Assembly: GCA_035652275.1 (NCBI GenBank)
Contig: DASREB010000356.1
Location: 1-62,426 of the forward strand
Length of the DNA stretch: 62,426 nucleotides
Source: Burkholderiales bacterium
GTDB taxonomy: Bacteria; Pseudomonadota; Gammaproteobacteria; Burkholderiales; SG8-39
Direction of reading: 5' to 3'
Shown here: positions 1 through 8,702 of the stretch, piece by piece
Layout: each line of letters begins with the position of its first letter
How positions within the stretch are numbered: the stretch's first letter is position 1
Notes under the pieces: generated by a model
Database searches by the model: none
The model's input: the letters and a program-made list of their open reading frames with translations, nothing else
Told to the model about the DNA's origin: nothing
Made by a program: the position numbers and the translations under genes

Positions 1-1008
1 CTGCTGGCGAAAAAGCCGCGCGACCTGGATCTATTCCATCCGTGGGAGCTCAGCACCGAAGAGGCGATCGCGATGGCGAAGCGCTGCGAGGAGGCGGCCT
101 TCGCGACGGCGCCGGTGATCCGCAACTCCGAAGGCGCCACCGTCTCCACGCAGCAATCGCAATTCGTGCTGGCCAATAGCCTCGGTTTCGTCGCCGGCTA
201 TCCCGGGTCCCGCCACTACCTCTCGTGCGCGGTGATCGCGGAGGCGAAGGGCCTTATGCAGCGCGACGACTGGTACTCGAGCTCACGGGTGCCGGCGAAG
301 ATCGCCGAGCCGCGTGCGCTCGGCCGCTACGCCGCTCAGCGTGCGGCATCGCGCCTTAACGCGCGCAAGATCGCCACCTGTCAGGCGCCGGTGCTGTTCG
401 AGGCGCCGGTGGCAATCGGGCTCGTCGGCCACTTCGTCTCGGCGGTGAATGGCGGAAATCTCTATCGAAAGACGAGCTTCCTGCTCGATAGTTTGGGCGA
501 GCAGGTGTTTGCTCCGGCGGTCGACATCGAGGAGCGGCCGTTCGAGCCGCAGGGCGCCGCGAGCACGTCCTTCGACGACGAGGGCGTGGCCACGCGAGAG
601 CGTTTCGTGGTGCGCGGCGGCGTGCTGGAAGGCTATTTCCTCGGCAGCTACGCCGCGCGCAAGCTCGGCATGCAGACCACCGGCAACGCCGGCGGCCACC
701 ACAACCTGGTGCTGAAATCCAATGGCCCGGACTTCGCCGGCATGCTGCGCAAGATGGGCCGCGGGCTGCTCGTGACCGAGCTCCTCGGCCACGGCATCAA
801 TCTCGTCACCGGCGACTATTCGCGCGGCGCGGCCGGCTACTGGGTGGACGGCGGCGAGATCCAGTTCCCGGTGGAGGAGATCACCATCGCCGGCAATCTG
901 CGCGACATGTTCAAGGGCATCGTTGCCGTAGGCAGCGACGTTCTGGTGCGCTCCGGGCGGGAGAGCGGCTCCATCCTGATCGACAACATGACCATTGCGG
1001 GTGAATAG
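1..1008 (+). CDS. pmbA: PmbA/TldE (TldD/PmbA family metalloprotease), 5' truncated by the window edge
   Basis: Frame 1 is open from nt 1 (LLAKKPRDLDLFHPWELSTEEAIAMAKR...). C-terminal motifs are typical of PmbA (GHHNLVL, GLLVTELLGHGINLVTGDYSRGAAGYWVDGGEIQFPVEEITIAGNL). Stop at 1006-1008. Confidence 0.8.
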   Translation: MLAKKPRDLDLFHPWELSTEEAIAMAKRCEEAAFATAPVIRNSEGATVSTQQSQFVLANSLGFVAGYPGSRHYLSCAVIAEAKGLMQRDDWYSSSRVPAKIAEPRALGRYAAQRAASRLNARKIATCQAPVLFEAPVAIGLVGHFVSAVNGGNLYRKTSFLLDSLGEQVFAPAVDIEERPFEPQGAASTSFDDEGVATRERFVVRGGVLEGYFLGSYAARKLGMQTTGNAGGHHNLVLKSNGPDFAGMLRKMGRGLLVTELLGHGINLVTGDYSRGAAGYWVDGGEIQFPVEEITIAGNLRDMFKGIVAVGSDVLVRSGRESGSILIDNMTIAGE

Positions 1009-1010
1009 CC

Positions 1011-1556
1011 ATGCGCTTTGTTCTCGCCTTTGTGCTCGCGAGCGCGGCCGTTACGGCCGGGGGTCAGGCGCTTGCTCAGCGTCAGCCGGATGTCGTCTTC
1101 GTGCCGACGCCGCAAGAGGTGGTCGACGCGATGCTGAAGCTCGCCAACGTGCACCAGGGGGACGTGCTGTATGACCTCGGCTGCGGCGACGGGCGGATCC
1201 CGGTGGCCGCCGCCAAGCAATACGGCGTCCGCGCGGTCGGCATCGACATCGATCCGCAGCGCATTCAGGAGGCGAACGAAAACGCGAAGCAGGCGGGCGT
1301 CACGCAGCTGGTGCAGTTCCGCCGCGAGGATCTCTTCAAGGCCAATTTCAAAGAGGCGAGCGTGGTGACGCTTTATCTACTGCCGGAGCTCAACGTGAAG
1401 CTGAGGCCGCGCCTGCTCGCCGAGCTCAAGCCCGGCACGCGCATCGTGTCGCATCAGTTCGACATGGGGACGTGGAAGCCCGACAGGAAGGTCGAGCTTT
1501 CAGCCGGCCGCACTATCTACCTGTGGACGATCCCGCCGCGGAAGAAGCCGTCGTAG
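1011..1556 (+). CDS. Class I SAM-dependent methyltransferase with N-terminal signal-like peptide
   Basis: SAM motif I VLYDLGCGDGRI followed by GIDIDP. Hydrophobic N-terminus MRFVLAFVLASAAVTAGGQALA. Starts 2 nt after the pmbA stop. Confidence 0.65.
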   Translation: MRFVLAFVLASAAVTAGGQALAQRQPDVVFVPTPQEVVDAMLKLANVHQGDVLYDLGCGDGRIPVAAAKQYGVRAVGIDIDPQRIQEANENAKQAGVTQLVQFRREDLFKANFKEASVVTLYLLPELNVKLRPRLLAELKPGTRIVSHQFDMGTWKPDRKVELSAGRTIYLWTIPPRKKPS

Positions 1557-2409
1557 CGAACTCGCCCTCGTCGAGCGCCGCGAGGTAGGCGCCGACCGAG
1601 TTCCAGAACTCTTCGTGCTGCTCGAGGCCGGTATGGCCGATGCCGGGCAGCAGTACCGTCTTCACCTTGCCGCCCCAGCGCCGGGCGAGCGCAAGGCCGT
1701 TCTTGACCGGCGTCACGTCGTCCTTCTCGGCCAGGAGAAAGAGCGCCGGTGCCGAGACGAGCGGCGCGATGAGGGAGGGGTTGTAGCGCGCCTGGACCAG
1801 CCAGCCGAGCGGAAAGCCGTGCGTGAAATGCTCTTCGCCGAGCGCCGCGGCGCTGTCGAAGGGCGTCGCGAGGATCGCCGCGCGCACCCGGCGCGACGAG
1901 GCAACCGCGATCGCCACGTAGGAGCCGAGGCTGCGGCCGAGGACCACGATGTTAGAGGCATCGATGTCGGGCTGCGCCACCGCCCAATCGTAGATGCGCT
2001 TCGCATCGCCGAGCACCTTGCGCTCGGACGGCGAGCCGCCGGAGAGGCCGAAGCCGCGGTAGTTGATCATCAGCCAGCCCCAGTGGCCGCCGGCGTGCGC
2101 GCGACGCACGAACTCGGAGACTTCCTGGCCGACGCCGCCATACATGATGACCAGCGGATGAGGCGTGCCGGGCAGCCAGGTCTCCGGGCGCTTGAGCCAG
2201 CCATGCAGCGTCACGCCGTCGGTGGTGGGCACGCGTACTTCGAAGATGTGGTTGGCGTGCGACAGCGCGCGCGCCTCGACCTCATCGAGCGGGCGCGGGC
2301 GGAAGATGAGCGGCTTTTCGAGCGGCTCGAAGAGCGGCGCGACGCAGCCGGCAACCACGACGGCGGCCATGACAGCCGTAGTGGAGACAAGGACACCGCG
2401 CGAGCGCAT
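1513..2409 (-). CDS. Alpha/beta-fold hydrolase, possible lipoprotein
   Basis: Nucleophile elbow GRSLGS. C-terminal GIGHTG region. N-terminus has a VVAGC lipobox-like motif. Its 3' end overlaps the convergent methyltransferase by 44 nt. Confidence 0.65.
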   Translation of the reverse strand: MRSRGVLVSTTAVMAAVVVAGCVAPLFEPLEKPLIFRPRPLDEVEARALSHANHIFEVRVPTTDGVTLHGWLKRPETWLPGTPHPLVIMYGGVGQEVSEFVRRAHAGGHWGWLMINYRGFGLSGGSPSERKVLGDAKRIYDWAVAQPDIDASNIVVLGRSLGSYVAIAVASSRRVRAAILATPFDSAAALGEEHFTHGFPLGWLVQARYNPSLIAPLVSAPALFLLAEKDDVTPVKNGLALARRWGGKVKTVLLPGIGHTGLEQHEEFWNSVGAYLAALDEGEFATTASSAAGSSTGR

Positions 2410-2518
2410 CGCAGGTAAGACTGCGTGCGCCGAACGAGCGTTTCCGCGTTAGGCCGGGCGAACTATGGACAGGCGAGCCACGACACGTCTGTGTCGGGGA
2501 GATTCCTTCAGCGCTTGC

Positions 2519-3115
2519 TCAGGTGAAGTCCAGGCGCGTGTTGAGCACGATGCCGTACACCGGGATCGGCGGGCGCTTCGCGATCTCGAGCGGCGGCAGC
2601 TCCTCGACGCCGAGCGACTGCGCGGCGCCGCCGAGCGCTTTCATGAAGTCGAGCGAGAGGATCACTTCGCCGGCGCGCGCGCGGTGCACCAGTCGCTCGC
2701 ACACGCTCACGCAATCGCCGAAAGCGACGAACTGCCGTGCGCCGATCGGACCAGCCATGCCGAACACCGCCTCGCCGGGATGCACCGCGCAGGATACGGC
2801 CGCGGCGAGGCCGTATTGCGTCTTCCATTGCTCGCCCAGCAGACCGAATTCGCGCTGCAGGTCGCGCGCCGCCTTGAGGGCCCGGGCGGCGAATTCCGAG
2901 GCATGCGCGGCGGCGAAGGCCGCGATCAGCGCGTCGTTCTGCACCGAGAGCACTTTGCCCTTGTTGGCGGTGATCGCCATGGCGCAGAACGAGAAGAAGT
3001 CGTTCGCCAGCTCGAGCACCTTCTGCGGCGGCAGCACCTCCGAGAGCCGCGTGAAGTTGCGCAGCTCCGCGCAGAGGATCGCTGCCTGGCGCCGCTCAGC
3101 GTCGGGTGCCGCCAT
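2519..3115 (-). CDS. Stand-alone class III nucleotidyl cyclase homology domain with degenerate catalytic residues
   Basis: Cyclase motifs are recognisable but altered: ILCAELRNFT (canonical F-x-D-x-x-x-F-T, Asp replaced by Glu), QNDALIAAF (GD-type second metal Asp kept), VHPGEAVFGMAG, FGDCVSVCERL (canonical G-D-x-V-N-x-A-x-R, Asn replaced by Ser). Confidence 0.6.
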   Translation of the reverse strand: MAAPDAERRQAAILCAELRNFTRLSEVLPPQKVLELANDFFSFCAMAITANKGKVLSVQNDALIAAFAAAHASEFAARALKAARDLQREFGLLGEQWKTQYGLAAAVSCAVHPGEAVFGMAGPIGARQFVAFGDCVSVCERLVHRARAGEVILSLDFMKALGGAAQSLGVEELPPLEIAKRPPIPVYGIVLNTRLDFT

Positions 3116-3809
3116 CGCCTGCCGCCGCTATGCCGTTCAAGTAGTGCTCCCAGACATGCAGATTGCGCTCGCATGCTGCCACGACCGCGTCTTCCATGTG
3201 CAGCTCGCGCGCGAATTTTTGCACGGCGCGCCACCCGGTATCCGAGTGTTCGATGTCGGCCTCGGTATGGAGCTCGAAGAATTCCAGCTGCTCGTCGGCG
3301 AGCCGAAAGAGCCTGCCCCAGCGGCGTCGCTCGACGCCGAACCAGCCGTGCTTGCGAAATTCGCCGCTGCCGTACCCGGGCACGTTGACGCGCTCGGCGC
3401 AGGTGTTGGCAACGATGCCTTCCAGCCAGTGCCGGTTCGCCATCAGCCCCTCCCACGCCGCCCAGCAGAGCTCCGTCGATGCGAGCGGCTGCGCCTTGCG
3501 GATCTCGGCCCGCTTCATGCCGATGCGCACGCCCAGGTCCTCGAGGATCTGCCAGTGCGGCCGTCCGCCGCCATGCGCGTGGTCGGCAATCACCTCCTCG
3601 CTGCACGCGGCAATGATGCGCATGCGCGTCTCCCAGTCGGTGCAGTTGGTCGCCACCTTGAGCTTCAAGACGGAATTGCGCTGTCGCGTATTGAGCCGGT
3701 GCTGCAGCACGAACATGCGGGCCCGGCCCCTCGTCATCGGCTCGTGGAACCAGCGGCAGCGGCGCACGAACTCGTTCACCGCACGATCCATGCGCGCTAC
3801 GACGCTCAT
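3096..3809 (-). CDS. Heme-oxygenase-like / iron-containing redox enzyme family protein (tentative)
   Basis: Helical 237-aa protein with His/Glu-rich motifs (ADHAHGGGRPHW, ELHTEADIEHS) reminiscent of HO-like di-iron or TenA/PqqC-like folds. Its 3' end overlaps the start of the cyclase-like gene by 20 nt. Confidence 0.35.
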   Translation of the reverse strand: MSVVARMDRAVNEFVRRCRWFHEPMTRGRARMFVLQHRLNTRQRNSVLKLKVATNCTDWETRMRIIAACSEEVIADHAHGGGRPHWQILEDLGVRIGMKRAEIRKAQPLASTELCWAAWEGLMANRHWLEGIVANTCAERVNVPGYGSGEFRKHGWFGVERRRWGRLFRLADEQLEFFELHTEADIEHSDTGWRAVQKFARELHMEDAVVAACERNLHVWEHYLNGIAAAGDGGTRR

Positions 3810-3867
3810 GCGAATTCGGGGTCAGGGCAACAATTGTGCACGGCGCAGCGCTGCGCTCGCCCGAGGG

Positions 3868-4572
3868 TCATCCTGCCAATTCCAGCGTCACGCGCTTGTT
3901 GCGCTTGCCCTCGGAACGGATCCGCACTACCCGCAGGCCGCCGATCTCGGCGATGTTCGTGACGTGCGTGCCGCCACAGGCCTGCAGGTCGATGCCCGGG
4001 ATCTCGAGCAGCCGCACGCGCCCTTCGCCGCGCGGCGGCGCCACCGACATGGTCTTGACGAGCTCGGGATGTGCGTCGAGCTCCGCATCGGTGATCCAGC
4101 GCACGCGCGTGTCGACGGCGCGCTGTACCAGATCGTTCAGCTCGCCGGCGATCCGATCGGCGACGAGACGGCTCATGTCGACGTCGAAATCGAGATGCGC
4201 CTTGTCTTCGCCGATGCGCCCGCCGGTCACCGGTGCCTTCACCACCGCGCCCAGCAGATGCAGCGCGGTATGCAGCCGCATCAAACGATGGCGGCGCTCC
4301 CAGTCGAGCTGCGCTTCGACGGTGCTCCCGACGGTGGGCGCGGCGCCGGGCTCGAGCACATGGAGCACGCGATCCGGGGTTGCGCCTTTGCGCGTATCGA
4401 GTACTCGCCAGGGCCCGAGGCGCCCGGTATCGCCGGCCTGGCCGCCGCCGAGCGGATAAAACACGGTGCGGTCCAGCTCGACACTCGTTTGTCCTCCTTG
4501 GCCGTGAATGCCGACGATGGTCGCTTCGCAGGCACGCAGATAAGGATCGGCACGAAACAGCAGCTCGGCCAT
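3868..4572 (-). CDS. AlaX-type alanyl-tRNA editing protein (tRNA synthetase second additional domain)
   Basis: Zinc-binding editing motifs HTALHLL and CGGTHV. Size of 234 aa fits AlaX-M. Confidence 0.75.
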   Translation of the reverse strand: MAELLFRADPYLRACEATIVGIHGQGGQTSVELDRTVFYPLGGGQAGDTGRLGPWRVLDTRKGATPDRVLHVLEPGAAPTVGSTVEAQLDWERRHRLMRLHTALHLLGAVVKAPVTGGRIGEDKAHLDFDVDMSRLVADRIAGELNDLVQRAVDTRVRWITDAELDAHPELVKTMSVAPPRGEGRVRLLEIPGIDLQACGGTHVTNIAEIGGLRVVRIRSEGKRNKRVTLELAG

Positions 4573-4597
4573 CGGAGTTCTTGTCCTGACCCCGAAT

Positions 4598-5224
4598 TCA
4601 GTGCACCAGCGTGTAGAGCGCGGCGAAGAACACGACCAGCGCGCCGCCGGCGAACACCATCAGCTTGGTATTGGAGACGTCGGGCAGGTCCGGGTCGCGC
4701 GGCAGCGGCTTGCCGTGCTCGTCGTGCTCCTTTTCCGCGGCCGGCGGCTTGCTCACGACGGTCGTGTCCTCGGCGCTGGCCTGCGCAGCGCCGACCTTCT
4801 CGTTGAAGTTGCGGAAGAAATCGTCGGCCACCTTCTTGGCCGCGGCGTCGACGAGCCGCGAGCCGATCTGTGCGAGCTTGCCGCCGACGCTCGCCTTGAC
4901 GTCGTAGCTGAGCTTGGTTTTCTCGCCCTCGGCAGCGAGGCGCACGTGCGCGCCGCCCTTGGCGAAGCCGGCGGCGCCGCCCTGGCCTTCGAAGGCGATC
5001 GAATAGGAGTCGGGCGGCTTCACGTCGGAGAGGGTGAGCTTGCCCTTGAACTTCGCGCTCACCGGCCCGACGCGCGCCACCATCTGCACCTGGTACTCGT
5101 TGTCCCCGCTGGGCTCGATCGACTCGCAGCCCGGGACGCTCGCTTTCAGCATCTGCGGATCATTGAGCGCGTCCCAGACGACGCGTTGCGGAGCAGGTAC
5201 CAGCTGCACGCCGCTCATTTCCAT
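4598..5224 (-). CDS. coxG: CoxG-like SRPBCC protein with C-terminal membrane anchor
   Basis: Typical CoxG N-terminus (VPAPQRVVWDALNDPQMLKASVPGCESIE...VGPVSAKFKGKLTLSD). Hydrophobic C-terminal tail LMVFAGGALVVFFAALYTLV. Confidence 0.7.
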   Translation of the reverse strand: MEMSGVQLVPAPQRVVWDALNDPQMLKASVPGCESIEPSGDNEYQVQMVARVGPVSAKFKGKLTLSDVKPPDSYSIAFEGQGGAAGFAKGGAHVRLAAEGEKTKLSYDVKASVGGKLAQIGSRLVDAAAKKVADDFFRNFNEKVGAAQASAEDTTVVSKPPAAEKEHDEHGKPLPRDPDLPDVSNTKLMVFAGGALVVFFAALYTLVH

Positions 5225-6474
5225 GCGCGGTTCTCCCGGGTTGGTTGACCGATAGGTTGACTGAGGGTCCTCGCCAGCTCCACGAGGCTTTTCAGATTAT
5301 GCACGGGCAGGAAAAGATCCACGTGCGGCAGCATGGCGCGCACGCCGGCCGGGCGCGCCTCGAATTTCTCGTAGCGCAGCAGCGGATTGAGCCACACCAG
5401 ATAGCGGCTGCTCTTGGCGAGCCGCTCCATCTCCTGCGTCAGGCCCTCGCCCGCCTCGCGATCGAGCCCGTCCGAGACGAGCAGCACGCAGGCATTCTGC
5501 GCCAGCGTGCGGCGCGCCCACTTGTAGTTGAAATCGCGCAGGCTTGCGCCGATGCGCGTGCCGCCCGACCAGTCCTTGATCGCCTCGGCGACCTTGGCCA
5601 TCGCCACGTCGACATCACGATGGCGCAGTTGCCGGGTAATGTTGGTGAGCCGCGTGCCAAAGACAAACACCGACACCCGGTCGCGATCGTTCGTGATGGC
5701 ATGCAGAAAGTGCAGGAACATGCGCGAATAGGGGTTCATCGACCCGGAGATGTCGCAGAGCACCACAAGCGGCGGATGCAGCTCGCGCGGCGCGGCGCGC
5801 ACCAGCGGGATGATGTCGCCGCCTTCGCGCAGCGATTCGCGCAGGCTCGCGCGCAGATCGATGCGGTGGCCGCGGCGGTGCGGGTAATAGCGGCGCGTGC
5901 GGATCTCGGGCAGCGGCAGGCGCAGCTGGGCGATCATCTTCTTCGCCTCCGCCAGCTCCGCCGCGGACATGGTGTCGAAGTCCATGCGCGTCAGCACTTC
6001 GCGCGAGGAGAAGGTTAGCCGCGCTTCCAGGTCGATCTTCTGCTCGCGGGCCGGATCCTCCCGCTGCCGATTGAAAAGCGCGTCAGTGAGCCGCTGGCTC
6101 TGCTGCTCGTCGGGCTTGGGCGCGCGCCCGTGCGCCTTCGGCAGCAGCACCTGCATCATGCGCTCGGCGAGCTTCGGGTCGCGCCAGAAGATCTGGAACG
6201 CCTGGTCGAAGATCGGCCGCTGTTCCTGGCGCGACAGCAGCACTGCGGACATCGTCCAGTACCAGTCGTCGCGCCGCTGAGGCCCCGCGATTTCCAGCGC
6301 CTGCACACAGTCGACCACGCGGTCAGGGCCGATGCGCAGTCCGGCGGCGCGCAGCAGCCGGGCGAAATGCATGACGTTTTCGGCGAGCACGCCTGTCTTC
6401 ACGCCGGCTCCTCGGCTGCCAGCCTCAAGCCGGCTTCTCGGCTCCAACGGGGGCTTCTTTGGCGAGCCGCTCAA
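5215..6474 (-). CDS. coxE: VWA domain protein, CoxE-like
   Basis: CoxE-like N-terminus (LAENVMHFARLLRAAGLRIGP). VWA MIDAS region VVLCDISGSM. The chosen start overlaps the upstream gene by 50 nt; an alternative ATG lies at 6372. Confidence 0.65.
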   Translation of the reverse strand: MSGSPKKPPLEPRSRLEAGSRGAGVKTGVLAENVMHFARLLRAAGLRIGPDRVVDCVQALEIAGPQRRDDWYWTMSAVLLSRQEQRPIFDQAFQIFWRDPKLAERMMQVLLPKAHGRAPKPDEQQSQRLTDALFNRQREDPAREQKIDLEARLTFSSREVLTRMDFDTMSAAELAEAKKMIAQLRLPLPEIRTRRYYPHRRGHRIDLRASLRESLREGGDIIPLVRAAPRELHPPLVVLCDISGSMNPYSRMFLHFLHAITNDRDRVSVFVFGTRLTNITRQLRHRDVDVAMAKVAEAIKDWSGGTRIGASLRDFNYKWARRTLAQNACVLLVSDGLDREAGEGLTQEMERLAKSSRYLVWLNPLLRYEKFEARPAGVRAMLPHVDLFLPVHNLKSLVELARTLSQPIGQPTRENRAWK

Positions 6475-7723
6475 TCGCGGGCGAGGCGACCACCTCGTGG
6501 TCGCGGAAGTAGCGCTCGTGGTTCTTCTCGAGCTCGTCGAGCCAGTAGACGTAGTTCACCATCATGCCGGCCGCGCGCTGCATGCCCGATTCGGAGGTGT
6601 CGCCCATCCAGTTGAGGCGCTCAAGCACCGCACCGTTGGCGAGATGAAAGCGCGCCACCGGATCGAGCGGCTCGAGGCCGCTCTTGGCACGCACCAGGTA
6701 ATAGCCGCAAAGGCGCGTGAGCAGAAGCTGCAACGGCTCCGGGATTTCGCCGAGATGCCATGCCGGATCGGCGAGCCGCGCGACCAGCTCGGCATCGTCC
6801 CCCGAGAGCGGCGTGCTCTCGAGCCAGCGCCGAAAGCCGGGGATCGGCGAGAGCGTGGCGAAGCGCTTGATGTGCGGAAATTCGCCCTTCAGGTCCTCCA
6901 CCACCTGCTTGATCAGCTGGTTGCCGAAAGAAATGCCGCGCAGTCCTTCCTGGCAGTTGGTGATGGAGTAGAACATCGCGCAGTCGGCGTTCGCCGGATC
7001 GGCGAGCTGGGTGCGGATGTCGAGGAGCGGCTGCACTTGCGCGGCCATGCCGCGCGTCAGCGCCACCTCGATGAAGATGATCGGCTCGTCGGGGAGCTGC
7101 GGATGGAAGAACGCAAAGCAGCGCCGGTCGTATTCCAGGCGCCGGCGCAGATCGCGCCAACCCTGGATCGCGTGCACCGCCTCATACTCGATCAGCTTCT
7201 CGAGCACCATGGCGGAGGTGTGCCAGTCGATGCGTTCGAGCCGCAGGAAGCCGCGGTTGAACCACGAGCGCAACAGATGCATGAGGTCCGAGTCGACCGG
7301 CTTCCACTGCGCATGCGCGCGCAGGCCCTGCAGCAGCTGGCGGCGCATTTCCACGAGGGCCGCGGTGCCGCCGGGCGCCATGTTCAGGCGCCGAAACAGC
7401 TCCTGCCGCGGCGAATCGACCGCCTGCTGCAGTCGCAGCAGATTGTCGTGCGTCGGCTCCGCTTGGTAGGCGGCGGCGGCGCGGCTCACCGTCTCGACCG
7501 CCGGCCCATAGTCGCGGCTCAGCAGGCCGAAGAATTCCTCCTGGCAGCGCTCATCGAGCTTCTGGTAGGCGGCGAGCGCATCGCGCGCGAGCGCCGTGCT
7601 GGCGTATTCGCCGCTCTCGGCAAGCAGCGCGTTGCAGAGCGAGACCAGCTCTTCGGTGCGCTTGTCCATGCCGGCGCGCGCACCGCCACCGATCAGCTTG
7701 CGCAGGAAACTGACGGCGCTCAT
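6425..7723 (-). CDS. Malonyl-CoA decarboxylase (MCD family)
   Basis: MCD signature stretches are present: EAVHAIQGWRDLRRRL, RRCFAFFHPQLPDEPIIFIEVAL, FYSITNCQEGLRGISFGNQLIKQVV, FATLSPIPGFRRWL, DPVARFHLANGA, MVNYVY. Start is set at MSAVSFLRK (ATG 7723), 4 nt after the coxD stop. Confidence 0.8.
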   Translation of the reverse strand: MSAVSFLRKLIGGGARAGMDKRTEELVSLCNALLAESGEYASTALARDALAAYQKLDERCQEEFFGLLSRDYGPAVETVSRAAAAYQAEPTHDNLLRLQQAVDSPRQELFRRLNMAPGGTAALVEMRRQLLQGLRAHAQWKPVDSDLMHLLRSWFNRGFLRLERIDWHTSAMVLEKLIEYEAVHAIQGWRDLRRRLEYDRRCFAFFHPQLPDEPIIFIEVALTRGMAAQVQPLLDIRTQLADPANADCAMFYSITNCQEGLRGISFGNQLIKQVVEDLKGEFPHIKRFATLSPIPGFRRWLESTPLSGDDAELVARLADPAWHLGEIPEPLQLLLTRLCGYYLVRAKSGLEPLDPVARFHLANGAVLERLNWMGDTSESGMQRAAGMMVNYVYWLDELEKNHERYFRDHEVVASPAIERLAKEAPVGAEKPA

Positions 7724-7727
7724 CGCG

Positions 7728-8666
7728 TCATGCGGCCGCGGCCGTTCTTGCCTCGGCCACCAGGCGCTCGGCTTCTTCGCCCGCCACGCGCTCGAGGTCG
7801 TCGCGGTACTTGAGCAGCACGCCAAGGGTGTTGTTGACCGTCTCCGGGTCGAGCGTCACCCGGTCGAGCGCCGCCAGGCAGTTCGCCCAGTCGATGGTCT
7901 CGGCGACGCCCGGCAGCTTGTAGAGCTCCATCTTGCGCAGCCGCTGCACGAAGGCCACCACCTCCTTGGAGAGCGCGGCCGCGGCCTTCGGCGCCTTGCG
8001 CTGCAGGATCTCGAGCTCGCGGCGCGCGTCCGGGTAATCGACCCAGTGATAGAAACAGCGGCGCTTTACCGCGTCGTGGATCTCGCGCGTGCGGTTCGAG
8101 GTGATGACGACGATCGGCGGCTCCTTCGCCTTGAGCGTGCCGATCTCCGGAATCGTGATCTGCCAGTCCGAGAGCACCTCCAGCAGGTACGCTTCGAATG
8201 GCTCATCGGTGCGGTCGAGCTCGTCGATCAGCAGCACCGGCCCGCCGGTATCACTGCGCCCTTCCAGTGCGCGCGCGAGCGGCCGCTTGACCAGAAACTC
8301 GTCGGAGTAAATCTGCGCGCCGAGCTTCGCCTTGTCCTTCTCACCGGCCGCTTCCGCGAGCCGGATCGCGATCATCTGGCGCGAGTAGTTCCACTCGTAG
8401 GCGGCCTGCGCAATATCGAGGCCTTCGTAGCACTGCAGGCGGATCAGCTCCCGCCCGAGCGCGTGTGCCACCACCTTGCCGATCTCGGTCTTGCCGACGC
8501 CCGCCTCGCCCTCGAGAAACAGCGGCCGGCGCATGGCGAGCGCGAGGTAGAGCGACGTGGCGAGGCTGCGGTCGGCGACGTACTCGCCCGAGGCGAGCAG
8601 CGCCTGGGTCTCATCGATTGACTGCGGAAAATGCGCGGGCATTGGAAGCGGCTGAAAGAGCGGCAT
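7728..8666 (-). CDS. coxD: MoxR-type AAA+ ATPase, CoxD-like
   Basis: Walker A LEGEAGVGKTE and Walker B VLLIDELDR, with MoxR/CoxD-like layout. Start is trimmed to MPLFQPLP (ATG 8666) because the longer ORF runs into the divergent gene. Confidence 0.75.
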   Translation of the reverse strand: MPLFQPLPMPAHFPQSIDETQALLASGEYVADRSLATSLYLALAMRRPLFLEGEAGVGKTEIGKVVAHALGRELIRLQCYEGLDIAQAAYEWNYSRQMIAIRLAEAAGEKDKAKLGAQIYSDEFLVKRPLARALEGRSDTGGPVLLIDELDRTDEPFEAYLLEVLSDWQITIPEIGTLKAKEPPIVVITSNRTREIHDAVKRRCFYHWVDYPDARRELEILQRKAPKAAAALSKEVVAFVQRLRKMELYKLPGVAETIDWANCLAALDRVTLDPETVNNTLGVLLKYRDDLERVAGEEAERLVAEARTAAAA

Positions 8667-8702
8667 TTTCCGGGTTTTGAGTGCGCCGCGCCAGCGTAGT
8701 TC

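Noticed and set aside
2523-4806. Long plus-strand ORFs (2523-3962, 479 aa; 3163-4806, 547 aa).
   Set aside because: They are antisense shadows of the cyclase-like, HO-like and AlaX genes. They have no motifs and Ser/Arg/Ala-biased composition.
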